The position numbers and the translations under genes are program-made. Shown here one piece after another: positions 28,486 to 36,586 of a stretch of DNA of 64,000 nt. The stretch lies in contig CAVYXG010000007.1 of NCBI GenBank assembly GCA_963772375.1, positions 187,926 through 251,925 on the forward strand, given 5' to 3'. Under the pieces are notes generated by a model. The model was not told where the DNA came from. It did not search any database and saw nothing but the letters and a program-made list of their open reading frames with translations. The first letter of the stretch is position 1. Each line of letters begins with the position of its first letter. Origin of the DNA: an uncultured Actinomycetes bacterium (GTDB lineage: Bacteria; Actinomycetota; UBA4738; JACQTL01).

Positions 28486-28875
28486 ATGTTGGGGTCGGCC
28501 AGCACGCACGCAATGATTGCCGTCAGTGATCTCGACACCGCTAGGGAGTTCTACAGCGGCAAGCTCGGGCTCACGGCAAGGATTGATCGGCCGGGGCTCA
28601 TTCAGTACGAGACTGCAGCTCGGACATGGTTCTTGGTCTACCAGTCTGGGTTTGCCGGGACTGCGAAGAGCACCTCCATGAGGTTCGTCGTCGAGGATGT
28701 TCGAGCCACGGTCGCAGAACTCCGTGGTCGTGGAGTCGTGTTCGAAGAGTATGACCTACCCGGCGTGAAGACCGTCGACGGCATCGCCGAGCACGAAAGC
28801 GGGGTACTCGGTGCGTGGTTCAAGGATCCTGATGGCAACATCCTCGGGATCGGCCAAAGCCCGTCACCGACCTGA
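28486..28875 (+). CDS. VOC (glyoxalase/bleomycin-resistance/dioxygenase) family protein
   Basis: ATG at 28486 follows GGAGGAG. MLGSASTHAMIAVSDLDTAREFYSGKLGL...GAWFKDPDGNILGI. Confidence 0.8.
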   Translation: MLGSASTHAMIAVSDLDTAREFYSGKLGLTARIDRPGLIQYETAARTWFLVYQSGFAGTAKSTSMRFVVEDVRATVAELRGRGVVFEEYDLPGVKTVDGIAEHESGVLGAWFKDPDGNILGIGQSPSPT

Positions 28876-29288
28876 GCCCTGAGAACGCTCGCAGGGGCCG
28901 GTCAAAGGCTGCGAGCTCGGCCACTGGCTCACGCCGACCCAGCGCCGGACGATCACGGTGCGGTGTTGCGGTGGTAGCGGAGCGGATCAGGACGAGATTC
29001 GGAGTGAACGAGCTCGAGGATATTGAGCCGCAGTCCCTGAAGACGGCGGCCCGGGCCACGGCCATGGCGGCCTTCTTGGAGGAGCCCGCCGCTCCCTTGC
29101 ATCCGGTGTCGGGGAGTTCGGTGATCATGGTCCGGAAGGGGTGGCCTGAAGCCGAGACCACCAGGTGGACGTCGTGGTCGGACTCGATGGTGGCCTTCAT
29201 GAGGTCGACCTTGATCTTGTAGGTCCGGACCTCAGGCGAGTCCAAGTACCGGGGAGTGTCCGAGCTCACCATCTGGGGGGCGTCCAAG
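28820..29288 (-). pseudogene. 3' fragment of a secreted-protein gene split by the transposon
   Basis: Reads ...DAPQMVSSDTPRYLDSPEVRTYKIKVDLMKATIESDHDVHLVVSASGHPFRTMITELPDTGCKGAAGSSKKAAMAVARAAVF. It joins in frame with 32346..32558 once the element is removed. The true 3' end is uncertain. Confidence 0.7.
29284..29288. repeat. target-site duplication CCAAG (left copy)
   Basis: CCAAG lies immediately outside TGTTGCGCGAC at 29289 and is identical to 32346..32350. Confidence 0.8.
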
Positions 29289-29343
29289 TGTTGCGCGACA
29301 CGCTCGATGATCGCGTTGGCGACAGCCCTAGTGATCATGAACC
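29289..29343. repeat. terminal inverted repeat (ATPase-proximal end)
   Basis: See the element entry. Starts with TGT. Confidence 0.7.
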
Positions 29344-29364
29344 TGCCCGCGTCGGCGGTTGGCT

Positions 29365-30181
29365 TCACTCTGATGTCACCTCCGTGACCGCGGCCTGGGC
29401 CGAGGACTGATCGACGATGCCTTTTGGACTCGGCGAAGGCGGCGACCAGGGCCTGCACGGCGAGGTTGTTCACCGCGCGGGGGATGCCGCGAGCGGTCTG
29501 GTGGACGAGAGCCACGGCGTCATCGGAGAACAGCGGATCGGATCTGCCCGCCAGCTTGAGGTGATGGGCTAGGTACCCGGCGGTCTCGGAGAGGTCCATG
29601 CCGTCCAGGTGGTAGCGCAGGGCGACCCGCTGGTCCAGCGCGGCGAAGGCCCCCAGCCGCAGTCGCCGGCGCAGTGTGGGCTGCCCCAGCAGGACGAGGG
29701 CCAGGGGTGACCGGGAGTCCATGTCGGCGTTGGTCAGCATCCTGAGCTCCTCGAGCTGCTCGGCCGACAGCAGGTGGGCCTCGTCCACTGCCACCACCAC
29801 CCGCTTGTGCCGCTCGGCGTGCTCGGTGGCCAGGAGGTCCTGGGTCTGCGGGATGAGGAAGGCGTTGTAGAACCGCGGCGTCCCACCGAGGGCGGAGACG
29901 ATCTCGGTGTAGATGCCGCGGGTCCCCACCGCGGGGTTCGACAGGTAGATGACCGTGTGCCGCGAGGCGTCGAGGGCGTCGAGGGCGGCCCGGGCGGCCA
30001 CGGTCTTGCCCGCCCCGACCTCCCCGGTGACGACCCCGATGGTGGACTCCCCGACCAGCCACCGGATGCGGGCGACCGCCTCGGCGTGGGCCGTGGATGC
30101 GAACAGGGCCTGCGGCGCGATGTCCTTGCCGAACGGCATGCGGGTGAACCCGTAGTGGGCCTGGAGGCGCTCGATGGTCAT
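29365..30181 (-). CDS. TniB/ExeA-like AAA+ ATPase (transposition helper), with a +1 frameshift in an A4 run (plus-strand T4 at 29422-29425)
   Basis: ATG at 30181 overlaps the transposase stop (ATGA). Walker A is TGEVGAGKT, Walker B is VVAVDEAHLL. Removing one A restores ...ESKGIVDQSSAQAAVTEVTSE* with a stop at 29365-29367. As sequenced, the ORF runs on to 28820. Confidence 0.75.
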
Positions 30182-31497
30182 GGCGTGTGGTCTCCTTCCT
30201 CGGTCGCGGTTTCCTCGAGCGAGGCGTAGGTGATGCGTCGGCGGGTCGCCTCGTCGTGCTCGGCCTCGACGAGGCCCAGGTAGTCGATGCCGGTGCGCGG
30301 CGGGGCCGGGGGGTCCTGCAAACGGGCCCGGGGATGGACGTGGCGCCCCACGACGTGCGCCATGGCCTTGCCCATGGACCGGCCCTGGTAGCGGACCTCG
30401 ATGTCGGTGAGATCGAACGGGTCGAACACGAGCTCCACCGTCCGCCCGGCGAGCGCCGGGTCGCACTCATAGCGGTTGCCGTACAGGGAGAACGTCGCCG
30501 TCTTCGCGACCCGGCGGTGCTCCGACCACAAGAAGGCCTCTCGGAGCTCGGCTGGGGTGGGCAGGCGAGGAGGGCCGGGACGCAGGAACCGCTCGAGGGG
30601 CGGCTCGTTCGTCTCGGCGTGGATCCTCAGGTGGTAGACCTGCTCCACCCACGCGGCGAACAGCCGGTTCAGCTCCTCCAGCGAGCCCACGCCGCGGTGG
30701 GTCACCTCCACCAGGAACTGCCCGCGCACGGTGCGGAACACCCGCTCGATCTTGCCCCGCCCGGCCGGCTCCCCCGGAGCGGAGTGCACCAGGCGGATGC
30801 CGAGGACCGCGCAGGCCCGTAGGAGCCACCCGGAGGAGAACGCCGATCCATTGTCGACGTAGCAGGCCTTCGGTACGCCCCGGGCCGCGAGCGCCGTGCG
30901 CAGCGCCGCCTCCAGCCGCAGGGTGTCCTCCGCCTCGCCCCACCGGTAGCCCACCAGCGCCCGGGAGTGGTCGTCGATGAAGGCGAACAGGTAGGTCTTG
31001 CGACCGGCCACGACGGGGCCGTGCAGCGCGTCGCCGGTCCACAGCTCGTTAGGGGCCGAGGCCTCGAAGCGCCCGTAGATGCGGGGAGCACCGGCCTTCG
31101 GGCGAAGATCCCGCCGGACGAAGTGCCGTTGCAGGGTTCGTTCGCTGGGGGCCGGGTGGCCGGAGCGCACCATGATCTCCCGGACCTGGGCGGCGGTTCG
31201 GGCGGGAACCTCCCGCTTCAGGGCCTCCGCGATCTGCAGCACCTCGGCGGGCGTCCGGGGCTGGGATGACCGGGGCGCCGGGTACAGGGCCTCGAACCCT
31301 CCATCCCTCCAGACCCGGACCCACCGCCGGAGTGTGGGGGCCGACACCCGGACGCGCTCCCCATCCGGGCCGATGTGGTCGCGCGATGCCAGGAAGTTGA
31401 GCATCTGCCCCCGCTGCCGGGGAGCGAGCGCAGGGTCGGCCGCCTCCCGGATGAGGGAGTACCGAAACAGCGCCACGTCTCGTCGTCGATCGTCCAT
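30178..31497 (-). CDS. DDE (rve) transposase with Mu-transposase-like C-terminal domain
   Basis: N-terminal HTH; WTGDALH...LFAFIDDHSRALVGY...CYVDNGSAFSS...PGEPAGRGKIERVF (D, D, E triad region); C-terminal LYGNRYE...VELVFDPFD. Confidence 0.9.
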   Translation of the reverse strand: MDDRRRDVALFRYSLIREAADPALAPRQRGQMLNFLASRDHIGPDGERVRVSAPTLRRWVRVWRDGGFEALYPAPRSSQPRTPAEVLQIAEALKREVPARTAAQVREIMVRSGHPAPSERTLQRHFVRRDLRPKAGAPRIYGRFEASAPNELWTGDALHGPVVAGRKTYLFAFIDDHSRALVGYRWGEAEDTLRLEAALRTALAARGVPKACYVDNGSAFSSGWLLRACAVLGIRLVHSAPGEPAGRGKIERVFRTVRGQFLVEVTHRGVGSLEELNRLFAAWVEQVYHLRIHAETNEPPLERFLRPGPPRLPTPAELREAFLWSEHRRVAKTATFSLYGNRYECDPALAGRTVELVFDPFDLTDIEVRYQGRSMGKAMAHVVGRHVHPRARLQDPPAPPRTGIDYLGLVEAEHDEATRRRITYASLEETATEEGDHTP

Positions 31498-31558
31498 GAG
31501 CCCTCCCGTTGGCCGCGTCGGGCAGTCCTTTTGGGGAAGCGGTGGCCATCGTTCCGGC

Positions 31559-32143
31559 TCACCACGGCGCCGGGAAGGGCGAGGTGGTGTTGGCGAGCAG
31601 CAGTCCGGCCGTGGCCCCCGAGCAGAACGCCCACACCGGGGAGGGACCGAGCCTCGTCACCGCCGCCCGGTGGGCCACCGCGATGGCCTCCACCGCGTCG
31701 GCCGTGGGCGACGCTCGCGGCGCGATGTCACCGAGGGAGGGGTCCAACCGGTAGGCCAGGGCGGTGAAGTGGGCCCGGATGGCCTCGGCCCGGCGGGCGA
31801 AGCGGCGGAGCCACTCCCGCACGGTGGTAGGGGGTCGGCCGTAGCGGGCGGCGATCCGGCGGTGGCCCCACCCCCGGGCCCCCAGGACGAGGGCCCGGCC
31901 GATCGCTTGGGCCACGTCCATCCGTCGAAGGAGCGTGCTCACCGGGAGCAGGACGTGGGTCCTCGAGCAGGCCCGGCACCGCGACCGCCGGGGGCGCACC
32001 GTCGTGGTGCCGGCCAGGCGCCGGAGCGTGCGCGCTCGGGCGAACCCCCACGGCCGGAGCTCGCCGGAGCAGGATGGGCACTCGAGCTCGCCGCCGCGCA
32101 GCCGGGCGTCGACGCCGCGGATGTGGGGCTCTACCATCAACAC
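31559..32143 (-). CDS. DUF6431-like zinc-ribbon + HTH protein (first gene of the transposon)
   Basis: ECPSCSGELRPWGFARARTLR...RRSRCRACSRTHVLLP...GHRRIAARYGRPPTTVREWLRRF. This gene type recurrently precedes such transposases in actinobacteria (from memory). Confidence 0.65.
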   Translation of the reverse strand: MLMVEPHIRGVDARLRGGELECPSCSGELRPWGFARARTLRRLAGTTTVRPRRSRCRACSRTHVLLPVSTLLRRMDVAQAIGRALVLGARGWGHRRIAARYGRPPTTVREWLRRFARRAEAIRAHFTALAYRLDPSLGDIAPRASPTADAVEAIAVAHRAAVTRLGPSPVWAFCSGATAGLLLANTTSPFPAPW

Positions 32144-32284
32144 CGGTGCGGGTACCTCCGCACTCTGCGTCGGGGGGCCCTTCCGGGTTCTTGCCGAAGA
32201 AGGCGGGAGGGCCCCTGTCGCTTCCTACTGACGCTTCAGGATCGGGCAAGCCGAGCGGGCCGCCAACCTCAAGGAGTCATCCCA

Positions 32285-32345
32285 TGTGATCACCGTGGGT
32301 GTCGTCTCAACCCATGTTCCTGATCAATGGAAGAGTCGTTCTACA
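32285..32345. repeat. terminal inverted repeat (HTH-gene-proximal end)
   Basis: The reverse complement starts TGTAGAACGAC. See the element entry. Confidence 0.7.
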
Positions 32346-32350
32346 CCAAG
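32346..32350. repeat. target-site duplication CCAAG (right copy)
   Basis: Immediately outside the element end at 32345. Confidence 0.8.
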
Positions 32351-32558
32351 CCGCGGAGGAACCCCACGCTCGAGTTGATGGGGTGGTAGTTCACTCGCTT
32401 GGCCCGCCGGTCGGACAGGGTCTTCACCGGCCACCGGAACACACCGCATGCGACGGCCTTTGCCTCGGGCGCCGTGTCCGGAAAGAGGGGTGCGAGGCTG
32501 CCACCGATGCGAGCGCAGGCGCTGCGGCGGCGAAGATAGGGATGAATCTGCGGGACAT
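32346..32558 (-). pseudogene. 5' fragment of the secreted-protein gene split by the transposon (also frameshifted near 32487-32490)
   Basis: ATG at 32558 follows GAAGAAGGG and gives a signal peptide MSRRFIPIFAAAAPALASVAAS. After a C4 run (plus-strand G4) the family-like sequence LFPDTAPEAKAVACGVFRWPVKTLSDRRAKRVNYHPINSSVGFLRGL continues in another frame. Confidence 0.65.
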
Positions 32559-32787
32559 GGCGACCCTTCTTCGGTACGGAACACGCCGCAGTGTGGGTCA
32601 TGCGGATGCTCGGATCAAAAGGCTGATGAGGACGCTCGATACCGTCGTCGATCGCCGGTTGATCTGGTCTTCTCCTCCCCCGTGGAGTACAACCTGCCGG
32701 AGATCCGGGCGACCAGCTTCTTGGCCGTGGTGGTGACCAATGGCGGTCGGTGGCCCGGCATGGCGCCCGGGGGGAGGGAGGAGCGCG

Positions 32788-34005
32788 ATGGACGGGCCGA
32801 CCAGGCGGTTGATGGCGTTGCTCGGAGCGCTGGCGGTGGTCGCAGGGGTGGCCGGGCCCGCGAACGCCTCGGCGGGCTCGCTGGACCCGACGTTCGCGGG
32901 CGACGGGATCCGCAACTCGATCCCTCGCTTTGGGGCCGGAGCGGACCTGCTGGTCCAGTGGAACGACCGCATTCTGGTTGCGGACACCCGGTTTGACGTG
33001 GCGCGGCTGCGAGTGAACGGCCGGGTGGACGATACTTGGGGCTCGGGTGGCGTCGCCAAAAGCCCGCTCGGGCGCGTCAGCTCGGAGGCGGCGTCGGAGA
33101 TGGTCCGCGATCGTGACGGACGGGTCGTGGTCGTCGGCACGGTCTCGGACGAGTTCGTCGTGGTCCGGTTCACGCTCCACGGGCGGCCCGACACCACGTT
33201 CTCGGGCGACGGCGCGTTGCGGATGTCCTGCGGGCCCCGTCCATTCTGTGGCCCGCCGGGGGTGGCGATCCAGCCGGACGGCAGGATCGTGATCGCCACG
33301 TGGGAGGGGGGGTTCGTCCTCCAGCGACTGAACACCGACGGGACTCCGGACTCGACGTTCGGCCGGAACGGCGTCGTGAGCATCCGCGAGGGACAGTGCT
33401 GCCCGATCGTGCGTTCGTCCGTGCTGGTGGACCGCGACGGCACGATCCTTGCGGCGGGCGGTGGCGAGCTGGCGCGGTTCACCGCGCACGGGCGTCTGGT
33501 CAGCACGTTCGGGAACCACGGGATCGCGAGGCTGTCGAGCGACCTGAACCCCCTCGAGGTCTCCGGGCTCAACATCGACGAGGCTGGCCGGATCCTGGTG
33601 GTGGGCGACGACGACGACTGGTTCGTCGAGCGCTTCAGGCCTGCCGGGCGGCTGGACCGTTCGTTCGGAATGAACGGCGTCCGTCGCGTGAACCTGCTGG
33701 GGCAGGACGCCACCGACGGCATGGCCGTCCAGAGCGGCGGGCGGATCATCGTGGCCGGGGGGACGTACGACCAGTCGGAGTCGGGGCAGTTCCACCCGGC
33801 GCTGGTCCGGCTCCTTCCTTCGGGCGGCATCGACCGGTCGTTCGGGAGCGCCGGGAAGATCGTGATGGGTCGCTTCGTCGGGTTCTGCGACGGCGTCGAC
33901 ATCCAGGCGGTGAGCCACCCGCGCATCGTGATCGCGGGCGGTCAAGGCGGATACGCAGGCGGCGGCTCGTCCCCCTTCGCCGCTGCCGCGTTCCGCACGA
34001 CCTGA
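32788..34005 (+). CDS. secreted delta-60-repeat protein
   Basis: ATG at 32788 follows GGGAGGGAGGAG. Signal MDGPTRRLMALLGALAVVAGVAGPANA. Repeats of L.PDG..D.SFG.DG......AV.QPDGRIVVAG type. Confidence 0.8.
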   Translation: MDGPTRRLMALLGALAVVAGVAGPANASAGSLDPTFAGDGIRNSIPRFGAGADLLVQWNDRILVADTRFDVARLRVNGRVDDTWGSGGVAKSPLGRVSSEAASEMVRDRDGRVVVVGTVSDEFVVVRFTLHGRPDTTFSGDGALRMSCGPRPFCGPPGVAIQPDGRIVIATWEGGFVLQRLNTDGTPDSTFGRNGVVSIREGQCCPIVRSSVLVDRDGTILAAGGGELARFTAHGRLVSTFGNHGIARLSSDLNPLEVSGLNIDEAGRILVVGDDDDWFVERFRPAGRLDRSFGMNGVRRVNLLGQDATDGMAVQSGGRIIVAGGTYDQSESGQFHPALVRLLPSGGIDRSFGSAGKIVMGRFVGFCDGVDIQAVSHPRIVIAGGQGGYAGGGSSPFAAAAFRTT

Positions 34006-34255
34006 ACGGGCCCTTCCAGCCGAGCCGGCCGACCCACGAAGCACGCGGGCCCTCTTGTCACTGCGGCTTCTAGAGAGTCTCCATGGAGCCAGGCGGCGGC
34101 TACACGCGGCTCGGGGGAGACCGCATAGCTACAAGCTGTTCCGATCAGAACGGTCGTCCGAAGAGCACCCTTGCGAGGCAGTGCTCGAAGGCTGGGCCAA
34201 GCCCCGCCGGCTGTCACAAGACGCCGGCATTGGGCAGAGAAGACGTGTGGAGACT

Positions 34256-34828
34256 ATGGATGGCTACGGGTCCGACGATGAGGTGCTGATCGACTCCATC
34301 GAGCATCCCGAGCTTTTCACGGTCCTCTACGACCGTCACGCGCGAATGATCCTGACGTACTTCGCCCGACGGACCCTCGACGCGGACACCGCATCCGAAC
34401 TCACGGCGGAGACGTTCGCTGAGGCCTTTACATCGCGACATCGCTTTCGGAGGCGCTCTACTCCAGCGGCCGCCTGGCTCGCCACGATCGCGCGGCGGCA
34501 ACTCGCCCATTACTGGAGGCAAATGCGGGTGGCCGATCGGGCACGCCGGCGACTCGGCGTCCCACCGATCGCCCTGGAGGACGAGGACCTCGACCGGATC
34601 GAGGCGCTCATCGACTTCGAAGCCATCGGGCGAGCGGTGGCCGCTGCGTTTTCCGAACTCACCCCCGACCAACGTGCTGCCCTCACCCTGCGGGTGATCG
34701 ACGGTCGCTCGTACGCCGAAGCGGCCGCCATGCTCTCGTGCTCTGAGCAGGTCGTTCGAGCCCGGGTCAGCCGTGGCCTTCGACGCCTTGCGGCCAGGCT
34801 GGACCTCGAAGGAGGCACAAGTGCCTGA
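34256..34828 (+). CDS. ECF-type RNA polymerase sigma factor
   Basis: Region 2 (LFTVLYDRHARMILTYF..ASELTAETFAEAF) and region 4 HTH (LTPDQRAALTLRVIDGRSYAEAAAMLSCSEQVVRARVSRGLRRL). Confidence 0.85.
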   Translation: MDGYGSDDEVLIDSIEHPELFTVLYDRHARMILTYFARRTLDADTASELTAETFAEAFTSRHRFRRRSTPAAAWLATIARRQLAHYWRQMRVADRARRRLGVPPIALEDEDLDRIEALIDFEAIGRAVAAAFSELTPDQRAALTLRVIDGRSYAEAAAMLSCSEQVVRARVSRGLRRLAARLDLEGGTSA

Positions 34829-36248
34829 TCCCGATATCCCGTTTCTCCACCAACTCCGCGCTCACCTCGACCGGGTCGCCCGGGCCCAGCCGCATCGCTC
34901 ACGCCTCAGGCGGCACGCTGCCACCGCTGCCGTGGCAGTCGGCGTTGGCGCCGCCATGGTGGCGTCGTCCATCCTCCTGTGGCAGGGGTTCGGTCCGGGA
35001 CGCCACACCCCGAGAGCCGCCACCGTCATCTCGCCGTCTGCGCCTTCAAACAGGGGGCCCAGCCCTGCGCCTCATCCCTCCACCAGCCCTTCACCCCTCG
35101 TCCTCCACGGTGGTCCGGGCTCGGAGCCTCTTGGCGATCAGCTCCAGAGCGTTGCCGCGATCAACCCGAACGACGTATGGGCGGTGGGGGTGCGCTTCCC
35201 CGGAGCCCCGACGTACCGCCCGCAGTCACTCGCGGAGCACTGGGACGGAACGTCCTGGTCCACTGTTGCGGTGCCGGACATCGGGCAGCTCAGCTCGGTG
35301 GCCGCCGGTGGGCCCGACGACATCTGGGTGCTGGGAGGCAGCCCGACCATGCTCCATTTCGACGGGGCGAACTGGACCAAGGTGCCGACTGCCGATGCAC
35401 ACGATCCCCAACTCCGGGATCTCATCTCCTTCGGTCCGAACGACGCATGGGTCGTGGGAACTGAGCGCACCGAGTCCTATGCGGGTCACTGCGGCGAGGT
35501 CAGCTCGGGTTCGCGCCCCTTGGTGGAGCACTGGGACGGGACCATGTGGCGGGTAGTGGCCACGCCGAGCCCTCCGGTCCACGAATCGGAGATCTGGTCC
35601 GTGGGTGGAAGTTCCTCTGACGATCTATGGGCGGTCGGGTACTACCAGACCGACACCCCGCCAACGAAGGCCGGGAGCGGCTGCGCAAACAAGTCCTTCT
35701 CCCACGCCCGAACGCTGGCGATGCACTGGGACGGCTCCTCGTGGTCGATCTCACCGACTCCCAACCCCGGCAATGAAGACGATGTTCTGTCCGGGATCAC
35801 GTCGCTTGGACCGAACGATGCCTGGACCACCGGATGGTGGATCCCGGGACAAGGACCGGGATGGCCCCTGTTCCTGCACTGGGATGGATCGTCGTGGAAG
35901 GTCGATCCCGGCTTGGAGGGAACCGGCCCGCAGAGGGATCGGCAACCGTGGGTCGCCCTCGCACTCGGGTCCCACGACGTCTGGACTGCCGGCGGCTATC
36001 CGAACGCGCCGTCCATCGAGCACTGGAACGGTTCGGCGTGGAGGATCTTCGAGGACGCACACCTCAACATCGATCCGCACCGCGAGTACGGTCAGTTCAA
36101 CGACATCTCAGCCACGGCGCCGGACGACGTGTGGGCGGTCGGGGGGACGACCCTGTACGGGAGCGGACAGCAGAGAGCTTTCGCCTTGATCATGCGCTGG
36201 GACGGATCACGGTGGACCCGGATGGCCCCGGCCCCCTCCCCCGGTTGA
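34821..36248 (+). CDS. single-pass membrane protein with extracytoplasmic repeat domain (HWDG..W ... D.WAVG blades); anti-sigma-like by position
   Basis: GTG at 34821 lies 6 nt after GAAGGAGG and overlaps the sigma gene by 8 nt. TM helix AAVAVGVGAAMVASSILLW. About 7 repeats (EHWDGTSWSTV, LHFDGANWTKV, EHWDGTMWRVV, MHWDGSSWSIS, LHWDGSSWKVD, EHWNGSAWRIF, MRWDGSRWTRM). Confidence 0.8.
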   Translation: MPDPDIPFLHQLRAHLDRVARAQPHRSRLRRHAATAAVAVGVGAAMVASSILLWQGFGPGRHTPRAATVISPSAPSNRGPSPAPHPSTSPSPLVLHGGPGSEPLGDQLQSVAAINPNDVWAVGVRFPGAPTYRPQSLAEHWDGTSWSTVAVPDIGQLSSVAAGGPDDIWVLGGSPTMLHFDGANWTKVPTADAHDPQLRDLISFGPNDAWVVGTERTESYAGHCGEVSSGSRPLVEHWDGTMWRVVATPSPPVHESEIWSVGGSSSDDLWAVGYYQTDTPPTKAGSGCANKSFSHARTLAMHWDGSSWSISPTPNPGNEDDVLSGITSLGPNDAWTTGWWIPGQGPGWPLFLHWDGSSWKVDPGLEGTGPQRDRQPWVALALGSHDVWTAGGYPNAPSIEHWNGSAWRIFEDAHLNIDPHREYGQFNDISATAPDDVWAVGGTTLYGSGQQRAFALIMRWDGSRWTRMAPAPSPG

Positions 36249-36391
36249 CGTTCAACTCATGGCGCAAACCTACTGCGGTGCCCCAGCTCGCATCCAACGC
36301 CCGGCACCGCAGTGGACCCGCCGGGCAGGTCCGTCCTTCAGCCAGCGCCCGAACGTGCCGCCTTCCACTGCGAGATGATCGATCCGGCCAC

Positions 36392-36505
36392 TGTCGGCGG
36401 CCGTGAGAATCTCCCCACCGGCGGCCACGAAACTCCCCACGTACGGCCACGAGAATTCCCCACCGGCGGCCGGGAGAACTCCCCGGCCTGAGGCCAACTG
36501 ACCGT
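36392..36505. repeat. IS21 left terminal multi-repeat region (4 x about 23 bp)
   Basis: GGCCGTGAGAATCTCCCC, GGCCACGAAACTCCCC, GGCCACGAGAATTCCCC, GGCCGGGAGAACTCCCC. Confidence 0.75.
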
Positions 36506-36586
36506 TCCTGCTCCCAGGAGGACCTCCCTCCCCGGGTTTGACTGCGCACGTCCACGTTCGCGGTCGGCCCCTGGAGAGGGAGGCAG

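Larger units (their letters stand above)
29289..32345 (-). mobile_element. 3,057-bp transposon carrying a DUF6431-like HTH gene, an rve/Mu-type DDE transposase and a TniB/ExeA-type AAA+ ATPase
   Basis: Termini are TGTTGCGCGACACGCTCGATGATC (29289->) and TGTAGAACGACTCTTCCATTGATC (reverse complement from 32345), matching at 14 of 24 positions. Shared subterminal motif GTTG.GACA.CCC..GTGATCA. 5-bp direct repeat CCAAG. The three genes are co-oriented. Confidence 0.85.

Noticed and set aside
29289-32345. AAA+ ATPase plus nuclease-like gene pair as a possible defence system
   Set aside because: The DDE triad, Mu-like C-terminal domain, TG termini, inverted repeats and 5-bp duplication identify it as a transposon, not a defence locus.
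32341-34044. 567-aa minus-strand ORF (similar long ORFs at 22587..25382 -, 2963..4837 -, 2794..4905 +, 19539..21362 -, 36338..37858 -)
   Set aside because: They lie antisense to, or out of frame with, well-supported genes. Their translations are Arg/Pro/Gly/Ala-rich with no motifs, which is typical of spurious open frames in about 70% G+C DNA. Only the last about 70 codons of 32341..34044 are real (the host-gene 5' fragment).
36392-36505. Four evenly spaced about 23-bp repeats looked like a mini-array
   Set aside because: An inverted set occurs at 38962-39058 and both flank istA/istB. These are the multiple terminal transposase-binding repeats typical of IS21-family ends.
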